The translations under genes were made by a program, and so were the position numbers. A stretch of DNA of 32,000 nt, from NCBI GenBank assembly GCA_963677105.1, contig OY781871.1, positions 570,001 through 602,000 on the forward strand, given 5' to 3'. Below, in pieces: positions 1 to 9,424 of this stretch. The DNA comes from Candidatus Saccharimonadota bacterium. GTDB lineage: Bacteria > Patescibacteriota > Gracilibacteria > UBA4473. Numbering within the stretch: the first letter of the stretch is position 1; the number at the start of each line of letters is the position of its first letter. Below the pieces are notes generated by a model. The model was not told where the DNA came from. It made no database searches and was given only the letters and a program-made list of their open reading frames with translations.

Positions 1-1460
1 CACTTGCTCGTCGTTTTCAAATGGTAAATATTCCAGAGCCAACAGAAGAACAAACGGTAGCGATATTAAAAGGACTTCGTCGCCATTTTGAAGATTATCA
101 TCTTGTAAATATTACTGATGAAGCGATTGAAACGGCGGTACGACTAAGTGTTCGATATATTCCGGATCGATTTTTACCAGACAAAGCAATTGATTTGATA
201 GACGAATCTTGTGCCGCAAAAGGACTTACAAATCGATTAAATGGAAAAGAAATTCGTGAATTGAGAAAAAAATTAACCAGTACTCAACAAAAGAAAGAAG
301 AGGCTGTTTTGACTCAAAATTATGAAAAAGCGAATAAATTACATCAAACGGAAAATGAATTAGAAGAAGCGATTCAGGAAATGAAAAAGAGAAAAGTTTC
401 TTCAAAAGCACGAAAAGACGTTAAAAAGACAGATATTGCACACGTTCTTGAACTTACAACGGGAATTCCAGTTTCAAAACTTGTCGGCTCTGATTTAGAA
501 AATTTGAAAACATTAGAAAAAACACTTGAGAAAAAAATTGCAGGACAGTCAAATGCAATTGAAACAATTTCACGTGCAATTCGACGATCACGATTAGGAT
601 TACAAAATCCAGATCGCCCGCTTGGAGCGTTTCTTTTTCTTGGGCCAACAGGAGTTGGGAAAACAGAATTGGTGCGACAATTAGCTCGAGAAGTGTATCA
701 CGATGAAAAATCATTGATTAAAATTGATATGTCAGAATTTAGCCAACCTCACACAGGAAGTCGACTTGTTGGTTCTACGGCTGGATATATTGGGCACGAA
801 GACGGAGGAGAATTGACAGAAAAAGTTCGTCGTCGACCGCATTCAATCGTACTATTTGATGAGATAGAAAAAGCACACAAAGATGTACACAATATGCTGT
901 TACAGATTTTTGAAGATGGACATCTTACAGATGGAAAAGGAAGAACCGTGAGTTTTCGAAATTGTGTGATTATTTTAACTTCCAATATTGGAGCAAATCG
1001 ATTTCAACAGAATGCGAACTCAATTGGATTTGGAGCTACAAAAACAGATATTGCAGAAAGCGAATCAGAATTTAAACAAATTACTGATGATGTTCAGAAA
1101 GATCTTAAAAAGACTTTTAGTCCAGAGTTTTTAAATCGTTTGGATGCAACGGTAATTTTCAGACCACTTGATCGAGAATCAATTAAACGCATTGTGAAAC
1201 TTCAAGTGAAAGAATTGGAAACACGTCTCAAAGATAAAAATATACAATTACAAATAGGGGGGAATGTTATCAATGCACTTGCAAAAGCGGCGTATAATCC
1301 TGAATTTGGAGCGAGAGAAGTTCGTCGAGTTCTTGCAGATAGACTTGAAACAGCGCTTGCCGAAGCAATGATTGCTGATGAAATTACTGACAACAATGAG
1401 TACATCGTGAGTCATGATGCGAAAAAACGTTTATGTACATTTGTGTTAGCGAAGAAGTAG
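1..1460 (+). CDS. clpC: ClpC-type AAA+ chaperone / Clp protease ATPase subunit, C-terminal ~485 aa (5' end lies upstream of the window)
   Basis: The frame is open from nt 3 (..LARRFQ-MVNIPEP..), so the ATG at 21 is internal. It shows the end of NBD1 (RYIPDRFLPDKAIDLIDE), a short UVR-like coiled-coil linker, NBD2 Walker A GPTGVGKT, Walker B VLFDEIEKAH and sensor-2 GAREVRR. Confidence 0.85.
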   Translation, partial: LARRFQMVNIPEPTEEQTVAILKGLRRHFEDYHLVNITDEAIETAVRLSVRYIPDRFLPDKAIDLIDESCAAKGLTNRLNGKEIRELRKKLTSTQQKKEEAVLTQNYEKANKLHQTENELEEAIQEMKKRKVSSKARKDVKKTDIAHVLELTTGIPVSKLVGSDLENLKTLEKTLEKKIAGQSNAIETISRAIRRSRLGLQNPDRPLGAFLFLGPTGVGKTELVRQLAREVYHDEKSLIKIDMSEFSQPHTGSRLVGSTAGYIGHEDGGELTEKVRRRPHSIVLFDEIEKAHKDVHNMLLQIFEDGHLTDGKGRTVSFRNCVIILTSNIGANRFQQNANSIGFGATKTDIAESESEFKQITDDVQKDLKKTFSPEFLNRLDATVIFRPLDRESIKRIVKLQVKELETRLKDKNIQLQIGGNVINALAKAAYNPEFGAREVRRVLADRLETALAEAMIADEITDNNEYIVSHDAKKRLCTFVLAKK

Positions 1461-1527
1461 GTTTTAGGGTTCGAACTTGAGTTTAGATTTTATTTACATG
1501 CAAAATTGTGTTCTATAAGTGATTGAG

Positions 1528-1533
1528 TATAAT
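1528..1533 (+). promoter_or_regulatory. -10 box TATAAT, 8 nt upstream of the pheT ATG (leaderless-type promoter)
   Basis: gagTATAATtacgcagaATG. There is no SD-like purine tract between the box and the start codon. Confidence 0.4.
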
Positions 1534-1541
1534 TACGCAGA

Positions 1542-3926
1542 ATGAAATTTTCACGAAACTGGCTTCGAGAATTTATTGATATACAAGATATCGATTCACA
1601 AAAAATAGGTGATTCGCTCACGCTTCATACATGTGAATTAGAGGAGATTATTGAGGTTTCACAAAATTTTGATCATGTGTTTGCGGGGAAGTTGCTTGAA
1701 GTAAAATCGCATGAAAATTCGGACAAATTGCATGTCGGAATATTCGATTGTGGGAAAAAAGGGAAAAAACAAATTGTTTTTGGGAATGTATTCGATCTTA
1801 CGGTTGGAGAAATGTATCCTGTAGCATTAGACGGCGCAAAACTCGCTTCAGGAGTTGAAATTGCGAACACAGAAGTGCGAGGTGTGAAATCAGAAGGAAT
1901 GGTTTGTACGTGTTCAGAATTGGGAATGAAACAAGAAACATTGTTGCGATTTAATGAATCAGACACGGGGAAATCATTGCCCGAAATTATTCCAGAATTT
2001 GGAGATATTCTCTTCGATATTGATAATAAGTCGCTCACACATCGACCAGATTTGATGGGACATCGTGGAATGGCACGAGAACTTGGCGCAATTTTTTCTA
2101 GGTCTTTTCAAGCCGACCTTGACAGTAAAAACTTGGAGATTGATGAAAATTTAAAACCATTTCTACTGAAGATCGAGACAGAAAAATGTCGTCGATTTTG
2201 TGCGATTAAACTCGAAAACGTGACAGTTGAGCCATCAGAAATTGCGACACAAGCGCGATTAGAAAATGTTGGAATTCGTGCGATTTCAAACTTAGTAGAT
2301 CTGACAAATCTCTCTCTTGCCGGACTTGGACAACCGATGCATGTTTTTGATGCGGATAAAATAAAGGGAGGAATTACGATTCGTTTAGCAAAAAAAGGAG
2401 AAAAATTGCTCGCTTTAGACGAAGAAGAATATGAATTAACAACGGAAGATATTGTTGTAGCAGATGACGAAAAGGTTCTTTCTATCGCTGGAATTATGGG
2501 AGGACTTGAGTCAAGTGTTACTAAGGACACGAAAAACATAGTATTTGAGTCTGCAAACTTCGACGCAACGAGTATTCGTCATACGAGTGCTCGTCTTGGT
2601 TTGCGATCAGAAAGTTCTATGCGATATGAAAAATCACTTGATCCAGAACAGTGTAAAGATGCGATTATTGAGGCGACTCAAAAAACATTGAAGCTTTGTT
2701 CAAATGCAAAAATAACAACCGGGATTGCAGATGTATATCCCAATGAACCAGAGGAAATATTGATTGATTTAAACCCAGAACAAGTACGAAAATTATCTGG
2801 AATAGAGATTTCAAATGAAGAGATAATAGGATCATTGGAATCATTAGGATTTGAGGTTTGGACAGAAGAAGGAACTACAAATTTAGTAGTAAAAGTACCA
2901 AGTTGGCGCGCGACAAAAGACGTGGCGATTGCTGAAGATCTGGTAGAAGAAGTGGTTCGATTACGTGGTTTTGACGCTGTTCCAAGTAAACTTCCATCGC
3001 TTCCTGTTAAGCCTCCACGACGCAATAAATTACGTGAAATGGAATGGAAAATTCGTGATTTACTTATGAGTGAAGGACGAAATGAGGTCTATTTAACGTC
3101 TTTTGTTGGGCCGAAAGACCCAGAATGGATTGATTCAAATGAGCATATCACGATTCAAAATGGAGCTAATGAAGAATATGAAAAGTTACGTCGAACACTT
3201 GTTTCCAATGCCGTTCGAGGAATGGAATCAGAACTTCGTACACAAGGAAAACTCAATCTTTTTGAAATAGGAACTATTTTTCCAGCAATGGGGAAAGAAA
3301 AGCGAAATCTTCTTCTCTTTTCGGCAAAAATGAACGGAGATTCAGTTCAGTCTTTTTTTGAACAAAAGTCTGAATTGTTACGAATATTTCATGCTTTGGG
3401 TGTAAACGCAGAAATAAAATCTTGTGCAAATCCAGAGAAAATGGATCATCCTGTTCAGTGTGCAGATGTATTCATTGACGACACATTTATTGGGAAAATT
3501 GCAGTGCTTCATCCAACGAAAAATCCAGTTCGAGGCGCATCGGTTGTTTATACAGAACTAAATTTACAATTATTGCTTCCATTTGTGTGTGATGTAGAAA
3601 TTCGATATCAAAAAAGTTCAACATTTCCGATTGTGAGACGAGATCTTTCTTTGGTAATGAAAAAAGAAGTGAATCAGGCGGATCTAGTTTCAGAAATGAC
3701 AAAAGTATCAGATATTCTTGTTTCGGTAGACTTATTTGACGTCTTTATCGATAAAAATAAATTGGGATCTGAAAATAAAAACCTTGCATTTCATTTGGCG
3801 TTTCAATCACAAGAGAAGACACTTGATGAAATAGATGTTGATACCGCAGTAAGTAGAGTTGAGGAAGTGTTGAAGAAAAAATTCAATGCAGAGCTTCGAC
3901 TTGCATTTGATCAGAAAAAATCGTAG
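1542..3926 (+). CDS. pheT: Phenylalanine--tRNA ligase beta subunit
   Basis: 794 aa. Canonical N-terminus MKFSRNWLREF, an OB tRNA-binding domain (GVKSEGMVCT), B3/4-B5 core (HRPDLMGHRGMAREL, QPMHVFD, IAGIMGG) and a C-terminal anticodon-binding-like domain. No pheS gene is adjacent. Confidence 0.95.
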   Translation: MKFSRNWLREFIDIQDIDSQKIGDSLTLHTCELEEIIEVSQNFDHVFAGKLLEVKSHENSDKLHVGIFDCGKKGKKQIVFGNVFDLTVGEMYPVALDGAKLASGVEIANTEVRGVKSEGMVCTCSELGMKQETLLRFNESDTGKSLPEIIPEFGDILFDIDNKSLTHRPDLMGHRGMARELGAIFSRSFQADLDSKNLEIDENLKPFLLKIETEKCRRFCAIKLENVTVEPSEIATQARLENVGIRAISNLVDLTNLSLAGLGQPMHVFDADKIKGGITIRLAKKGEKLLALDEEEYELTTEDIVVADDEKVLSIAGIMGGLESSVTKDTKNIVFESANFDATSIRHTSARLGLRSESSMRYEKSLDPEQCKDAIIEATQKTLKLCSNAKITTGIADVYPNEPEEILIDLNPEQVRKLSGIEISNEEIIGSLESLGFEVWTEEGTTNLVVKVPSWRATKDVAIAEDLVEEVVRLRGFDAVPSKLPSLPVKPPRRNKLREMEWKIRDLLMSEGRNEVYLTSFVGPKDPEWIDSNEHITIQNGANEEYEKLRRTLVSNAVRGMESELRTQGKLNLFEIGTIFPAMGKEKRNLLLFSAKMNGDSVQSFFEQKSELLRIFHALGVNAEIKSCANPEKMDHPVQCADVFIDDTFIGKIAVLHPTKNPVRGASVVYTELNLQLLLPFVCDVEIRYQKSSTFPIVRRDLSLVMKKEVNQADLVSEMTKVSDILVSVDLFDVFIDKNKLGSENKNLAFHLAFQSQEKTLDEIDVDTAVSRVEEVLKKKFNAELRLAFDQKKS

Positions 3927-3953
3927 CCTGCGACTGTTAATAGCGACAAAATT

Positions 3954-4163
3954 ATGTCTAAAAAAACGAAGAAAACAAAATCGAGTAATGGTCTCATCAC
4001 AGGGTTAATTGTGGGAGGAGCAATTACAGGAGTTGCAGGAATGATGCTTTCTTCGGAAGACAATCGAAAAAAGACACAGAAGATTGGTTTACAGGCAGGG
4101 AAAGTTGGTTTGAAATTGGCACAAAAATTATTAAAAAAGTGTAAAGATAAGAAAAAGACATAG
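3954..4163 (+). CDS. Small membrane protein, YtxH-like (glycine-zipper TM followed by a Lys-rich tail)
   Basis: 69 aa. It has a Lys-rich N-terminus, the TM segment GLITGLIVGGAITGVAGMMLS and a basic C-terminus. The family assignment is from memory of YtxH-type proteins. Confidence 0.5.
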   Translation: MSKKTKKTKSSNGLITGLIVGGAITGVAGMMLSSEDNRKKTQKIGLQAGKVGLKLAQKLLKKCKDKKKT

Positions 4164-4177
4164 ATTTCAGAAAAAAG

Positions 4178-4193
4178 GTCTTTTGCAAAAGAC
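4178..4193. terminator. Hairpin gtctttt-gc-aaaagac after the small ORF, with an A-run upstream and no T-run downstream on the + strand
   Basis: This is a perfect 16-nt palindrome. The T-tract exists only when it is read on the - strand (gtcttttgcaaaagaccttttttc). Confidence 0.3.
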
Positions 4194-4250
4194 TAACTTG
4201 ATAAAATTCTGAAAATTGCTAAAACTCACAAGACAGTTAGTTATTTTTTT

Positions 4251-6227
4251 ATGTCTGAAAAATTATTCAATCTCGTTTCAGAGTTTTCGCCGACGGGTGA
4301 TCAACCGACAGCTATTGCACATCTTGAAAAGGGAATAAAAAATGGATTGCGACATCAAACATTGCTTGGAGCGACAGGAACAGGAAAAACATTTACAATG
4401 GCGCAACTCATAAACAAATTGCAACGACCAACATTGATTTTAGCCCACAATAAAACGCTTGCAGCACAATTGTGTGCTGAGTTTCAGCAGTTTTTTCCAG
4501 ATAATGCGGTGTCTTATTTTGTATCATATTATGATTATTATCAGCCGGAAGCATATATGCCAAAGACAGACACGTTCATTGAAAAAGAGGCAACAATTAA
4601 CGAAGAAATCGCAAAATTCCGGCACGCCGCGACAGCGAATCTATTAACACGAAGAGATTGTATTATTGTGAGTTCGGTTTCCTGTATTTATGGATTGGGA
4701 GACGTAGAAGATTATCGAAAATTGGCGCTTACCATTAAACGTGGCGATAAAACGCCTCGAAAAGAATTATTACAGAAATTAGTAGAATTGCAGTATGAGA
4801 GAGTGAAGTCAGATTTTAATCGTGGATCTTTTGAAGTTTTGGGTGATGTGGTGACGATTTTTCCGCCAAGTGGAGATGTAGCGTTTCAACTAGAATTTTG
4901 GGGAGATGAGTTGGATAAACTCACAGAAATTGATGCGTTTACTTCAGAGAGTTTTGGTGAACGAGACGAAGTTCTTATTTTTCCCGCAAAACACAATGTT
5001 TCTTCCCCAGAAAAAGTAGCGCGAGCAATTGTTGGAGTAGAAGAAGAACTAAATACGCGATTAGAAGAAATGCGAAAACTAGGAAAGAATCTAGAAGCGC
5101 ACCGATTACAACAACGAACAAATTTCGATTTAGAAATGTTGCGAGAGACAGGTTATGTGAGTGGAGTTGAAAATTACACGCGCTATCTTTCTCAATCAAA
5201 ACCTGGAACGCCACCGACAACATTACTCGATTATTTCCCAAAAGATTTTATGTGTTTTGTAGATGAATCACATATTTCAATTCCACAAATTGGAGGAATG
5301 TTTAATGGAAATTTATCGCGAAAGAAAACACTGATTGATTACGGATTCCGTTTGCCAAGTGCCATGGACAATCGTCCGTTGAAGTTTGATGAGTTTGAAG
5401 CAAAGATTCCACAAGCCGTGTATGTGTCAGCTACGCCAGGAAAATATGAATATGAACACTGTAAAAAGGAAGAATTTGCAGAACAAATTATCCGTCCAAC
5501 AGGATTGCTTGATCCAAGTATCGAAGTCCGTGGAACAGATCATCATATTGATAATTTGATGGAAGAAGTGCGCGATACAATAAAGCGCAAAAGTCGTGTT
5601 TTGATTACAACCGTTACGAAAAAATCGGCAGAAGCTTTATCAGAATATTTAATCGAAGCGGGAGTAAAAGCGAAATATCTACACTCAGAGATTGAAACAC
5701 TCGAACGAATAGAAATTCTTACAGAATTGCGAAAAGGAATAATTGATGTAGTAGTGGGAATTAATTTATTACGAGAAGGATTAGATCTTCCAGAAGTAGA
5801 ATTAATCGCGATTCTGGATGCAGATAAACAAGGATTCTTGCGTTCTCGTGACGCATTATTACAAATTATTGGACGTGCTGCGAGAAACGAATCTGGTCGA
5901 GTTATCATGTATGCAGACAAGATGACACCAGCGATGGAAGCGGCAATTGGTGAAACAAATCGTCGTCGTGAAATTCAAGAAGCATATAACAAGAAATACG
6001 GAATTGTTCCCAAAACGATTATTAAGAAAATTGTTGATATTTCGAAAGACTTATCAGGAGGGAAGCCGCGAAACTTTGAGAAACTTACGAAGAAAGATCA
6101 AGTGGGACAAATGTTGGTGGAGCTGGAAGCAGAAATGGATATTGCAACACAAAACTTAGATTTCGAGCGCGCAGCAGTTCTGCGTGATCAAATTGAAGAG
6201 CTGGAAGAGAAGTTGAGGAAGATGTGA
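4251..6227 (+). CDS. uvrB: Excinuclease ABC subunit B
   Basis: 658 aa. Walker A GATGTGKT, beta-hairpin region YYDYYQPEAY, DESH box (FVDESH), helicase C motifs (GINLLREGLDLPEV, QIIGRAARN) and a C-terminal UVR domain (FERAAVLRDQIEELE). Confidence 0.97.
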   Translation: MSEKLFNLVSEFSPTGDQPTAIAHLEKGIKNGLRHQTLLGATGTGKTFTMAQLINKLQRPTLILAHNKTLAAQLCAEFQQFFPDNAVSYFVSYYDYYQPEAYMPKTDTFIEKEATINEEIAKFRHAATANLLTRRDCIIVSSVSCIYGLGDVEDYRKLALTIKRGDKTPRKELLQKLVELQYERVKSDFNRGSFEVLGDVVTIFPPSGDVAFQLEFWGDELDKLTEIDAFTSESFGERDEVLIFPAKHNVSSPEKVARAIVGVEEELNTRLEEMRKLGKNLEAHRLQQRTNFDLEMLRETGYVSGVENYTRYLSQSKPGTPPTTLLDYFPKDFMCFVDESHISIPQIGGMFNGNLSRKKTLIDYGFRLPSAMDNRPLKFDEFEAKIPQAVYVSATPGKYEYEHCKKEEFAEQIIRPTGLLDPSIEVRGTDHHIDNLMEEVRDTIKRKSRVLITTVTKKSAEALSEYLIEAGVKAKYLHSEIETLERIEILTELRKGIIDVVVGINLLREGLDLPEVELIAILDADKQGFLRSRDALLQIIGRAARNESGRVIMYADKMTPAMEAAIGETNRRREIQEAYNKKYGIVPKTIIKKIVDISKDLSGGKPRNFEKLTKKDQVGQMLVELEAEMDIATQNLDFERAAVLRDQIEELEEKLRKM

Positions 6228-6240
6228 TTTTTATTATTTA

Positions 6241-6267
6241 AAAAGCCTCGCATAGCGAGGCTTTTTT
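6241..6267. terminator. Bidirectional intrinsic terminator between convergent uvrB and asnS
   Basis: AAAA-gcctcgc-ata-gcgaggc-TTTTTT. The 7-bp GC-rich stem is flanked by an A-run and a T-run. Confidence 0.85.
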
Positions 6268-6299
6268 GTAGTTTTTGTAGATTGATATTTGAAGTTTAA

Positions 6300-7685
6300 T
6301 TAAAACTCAGCGTTCTTCGGAGTTCGTGGGAATGGGATCACGTCTCGGATGTTTGCAACTCCTGAAACGTATTGCACGAGTCGTTCAAATCCAAGTCCAA
6401 ATCCGGCGTGTTCTACTCCTCCGAATCGACGCAAATCTCGATACCACCAGTAATCTTCTTTCTCCAATCCCATTTCTTCAATTCGTTTATCTAAAATATC
6501 AAGTCGCTCCTCTCGTTGAGAACCACCAATGATTTCTCCAACTCCAGGAACCAATAAATCCATTGCGGCAACAGTTTTCCCGTCGTCATTCATTCGCATA
6601 TAAAACGCCTTAATGTCTTTTGGATAATCAATAAGGAACGTTGGTTTTCCCATTTTTTCACAAATGTATTGTTCGTGTTCAGCTTGAAGATCAAGTCCCC
6701 ATTTTACAGGGAATTCAAACTTTTTGCCAGACTTTTGCAAAACATTAATAGCTTCTGAATATGGCATTTTTACGAACTCAGAATCAATAATTTTTTGTAA
6801 TCGATCAATTAATCCCGGTTGCATGAATTTATCAAAGAATGCCATTTCTTCTGGCAATTTTTCCAGAGCAGTTTTAAACAAAAACTTCATCATTTCTTCC
6901 GCCAAAGCCATGTTGTCATCTAGGTTGGCGAATGCGATTTCTGGCTCAATCATCCAGAACTCAGAAGCATGTCGCGGCGTGTGAGAATTTTCTGCACGGA
7001 ACGTTGGTCCAAATGTATAAATATCTCGAAATGCCATTGCAAACGCTTCACCATTGAGTTGTCCAGAAACAGTTAGGCTCGTCGGTTTCTTGAAAAAATC
7101 GTTTGAATAATCTATTTCTCCATCTTTTTTGGGCACATTATCAAGGTCAAGTGTTGTTACATGAAACATTTCTCCTGCTCCTTCACAATCGCTTCCGGTA
7201 ATAATTGGTGTATGTGTATAGATGAAATCTTTTGATTGAAAGAATTCATGAATGGCTCCTGCTAGAACAGAACGTAATCGGAATACAGCTTGAAATGTGT
7301 TTGTTCGTGGACGTAAATGTGCGATTGTACGCAAGTATTCCATTGTGTGTCGCTTCTTTTGCAAAGGAAAATCCGCTTCTGCAGTTTGAATAATGTCGAT
7401 TTTTTCTGCTTGAACTTCATATTTTTGTCCTCCACCTTGAGATTCCACGAGTTTTCCTGTTACAGAAATAGCTGATCCGATCGGCAACTTGTCTATTTCT
7501 GCGAAGTTTGAAAGACCACTTTTAGCAACAACTTGAATCGGTGTAAAAAAAGTTCCGTCATGCAATGAAATAAATGCTAAATCTTTATTTGCGCGAACAG
7601 TGCGAACCCATCCAGACAAATTAATATTCCCATTTAAGAAGTTTTTTGGTGAACGAAATACGGATCTGATTGATGTCGTTTCCAT
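6300..7685 (-). CDS. asnS: Asparagine--tRNA ligase
   Basis: Class IIb aaRS with an N-terminal OB fold (GWVRTVR), motif 2 (FRAENS), motif 3 (GFGLGFERL) and the C-terminus [10 protein letters not shown] typical of AsnRS. The ORF-track start at 7721 is a TTG. The first ATG, at 7685, gives METTSIRS. Confidence 0.93.
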   Translation of the reverse strand: METTSIRSVFRSPKNFLNGNINLSGWVRTVRANKDLAFISLHDGTFFTPIQVVAKSGLSNFAEIDKLPIGSAISVTGKLVESQGGGQKYEVQAEKIDIIQTAEADFPLQKKRHTMEYLRTIAHLRPRTNTFQAVFRLRSVLAGAIHEFFQSKDFIYTHTPIITGSDCEGAGEMFHVTTLDLDNVPKKDGEIDYSNDFFKKPTSLTVSGQLNGEAFAMAFRDIYTFGPTFRAENSHTPRHASEFWMIEPEIAFANLDDNMALAEEMMKFLFKTALEKLPEEMAFFDKFMQPGLIDRLQKIIDSEFVKMPYSEAINVLQKSGKKFEFPVKWGLDLQAEHEQYICEKMGKPTFLIDYPKDIKAFYMRMNDDGKTVAAMDLLVPGVGEIIGGSQREERLDILDKRIEEMGLEKEDYWWYRDLRRFGGVEHAGFGLGFERLVQYVSGVANIRDVIPFPRTPKNAEF

Positions 7686-7807
7686 TTTTAAATGGGTTAA
7701 AAAGTACGTAAAGTATCGCAATTTCGATCAAAAAGTCAATTGTGAAAACAGTTTTCTTGACAATTGATTGTAAAAAGTGAAAATAGGCTAGATTTTATTT
7801 AAACTTA

Positions 7808-8155
7808 ATGGGAAAGAGTAATCCGGAAAGCAGCAGCTCTCAAAAAATTGAAAAAAAAGCATTCCCTGATATAGCTACGAAATATGTGCTGGTTGTTAGA
7901 GAATTTAATCATGAAAAAGAACAGATAGAAGATTCTCGGTATCCATGTGAAACAGAAGAAGCACTTTTGAGTATGTATGATAGTTTTCATGAACAAGGAT
8001 GTGTCGTAAATATGTTTAAAAATACGCAAAGGAAGAAAGAGTTTAGAAAGATCGTAAAAGGACCAAATGGAGGAAGATATCCTTGTTTTTCACCAGAAGC
8101 TGTAGAAAAGATGAAGCAATACTTCAAGGATGGAATAGAAGACGTTTTTAATTAG
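7808..8155 (+). CDS. Hypothetical protein with an internally duplicated RYPC-x3-EA module
   Basis: 115-aa ORF with an ATG start in its own intergenic slot. I recognise no family. See the findings. Confidence 0.5.
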   Translation: MGKSNPESSSSQKIEKKAFPDIATKYVLVVREFNHEKEQIEDSRYPCETEEALLSMYDSFHEQGCVVNMFKNTQRKKEFRKIVKGPNGGRYPCFSPEAVEKMKQYFKDGIEDVFN

Positions 8156-8161
8156 AAAAAT

Positions 8162-9424
8162 CTAAATTTCCAGTATTTTGTGAGCAAATTGAGAAATATT
8201 TCCTGCTCCACAGAAAATTACAACATCTCCCTTGGAAAAGTCTGAGAGAAATTTTTTTGCGTCCCTTTCGGTATTTATAGGAATAGAATTTGGAACAGCT
8301 GATCGAAATTTTGAATCAGGCATTGCTTTTTTGTCTTCTTCGGAATCTCGTGCCGGATAGATGGGAAATAGTCCTATTTTATCAGCAAGTTGTAATGCTT
8401 CCACGAATTCTTCCAAGAGAGCGGCTGTACGAGAATGTTGATGAGGTTCAAAAATAATCCCTAATTTTGCCGCTGGGAATTTTTTGCGAAACCCTTGCAA
8501 AAGTGCTCGTATCTCGCTTGGATGATGAGCATAGTCATCATAAATGTTTATTCCATTTACATTTTTAATTAATTCTTGTCGTCGTCCAGCACTTTCATAT
8601 TTTCCTAATCCTCGTTTGAAATCTTCGGTATTTAACTCCAATTGACTCGCTAATGCCAAAGCCAAAGTCGCATTATCATAATTATATTGTCCATGAACTT
8701 TGAGTAAATATTCCCAACTGTGTTCACTCTGTCTTGGCATTGCTAATCGAGATCCTTTGTAATTTTTCAATGCTTTTTCAGCTCCCTCGTCAAATTCATG
8801 ATAAATCACCAGTTTGGAGTTTTTTACGAACTTTTCAAACGCCATAAAGTAATCATTTTCTGTCGGAAATGCATCAAAATGATCGTGTTCTACACTTGTT
8901 AAAATCGCAATGTCCGGTTTTAGGAATCGAAAATTTTCACGATATTCACATGCTTCTACAATGAGCCAATTATCTGTCCCAAGATGAAAATTTGAACCAT
9001 CAAATTCACGGAGAGTCGTTCCCACAATTATTGACGGATCGAGTTCTACTTCTTGCATTCCGCGAGCAATCATTGCTGTTGTAGTAGTCTTTCCGTGCGT
9101 TCCAGCGATAGCAATTACGTTATAATTTTCTGCGACTTTTCCGAGATATTCAAAATAAGAATACTGTTTTCTTCCGAGTTCTGCTGCCCGCATTCGTTCG
9201 GGATTTTCTGGAGGAATTGCTTCTGAATATACCAAAATATCTATATCATTCGATATATTTTCAGCCTTTTGTTCTGTGAAAAGTTTTATATTTAATTTTT
9301 TTAACGCGGGGAAAATTTCGGTTTCACATATATCGGAGCCAGAAATTTCGTCTCCGCGTACCAGGCACAACTGCGCTAATGCAGAGATTCCAATTCCGCC
9401 GATTCCGACAAAATGTATTTTCAT
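8162..9424 (-). CDS. murC: UDP-N-acetylmuramate--L-alanine ligase (Mur ligase family; Mpl not excluded)
   Basis: 420 aa. N-terminal Rossmann-like HFVGIGGIGISALA, P-loop AGTHGKTTTT, and Mur ligase middle and C-terminal domains (DDYAHHPSEI). Its ATG overlaps the gpmI stop (ATGA). Confidence 0.8.
   Translation of the reverse strand: MKIHFVGIGGIGISALAQLCLVRGDEISGSDICETEIFPALKKLNIKLFTEQKAENISNDIDILVYSEAIPPENPERMRAAELGRKQYSYFEYLGKVAENYNVIAIAGTHGKTTTTAMIARGMQEVELDPSIIVGTTLREFDGSNFHLGTDNWLIVEACEYRENFRFLKPDIAILTSVEHDHFDAFPTENDYFMAFEKFVKNSKLVIYHEFDEGAEKALKNYKGSRLAMPRQSEHSWEYLLKVHGQYNYDNATLALALASQLELNTEDFKRGLGKYESAGRRQELIKNVNGINIYDDYAHHPSEIRALLQGFRKKFPAAKLGIIFEPHQHSRTAALLEEFVEALQLADKIGLFPIYPARDSEEDKKAMPDSKFRSAVPNSIPINTERDAKKFLSDFSKGDVVIFCGAGNISQFAHKILEI

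Noticed and set aside
1461-1490. gggttcgaac after clpC resembles a tRNA T-arm or T-loop.
   Set aside because: There is no complementary T-stem 3' half, acceptor stem or anticodon arm in the flanks. The ~80-bp spacer is otherwise occupied by the pheT promoter.
4171-4199. The hairpin after the YtxH-like ORF looks like a - strand terminator, since its T-run exists only on the - strand.
   Set aside because: No - strand gene ends upstream of it, because uvrB is on the + strand. It is kept only as a low-confidence hairpin feature, and I did not build a story on it.
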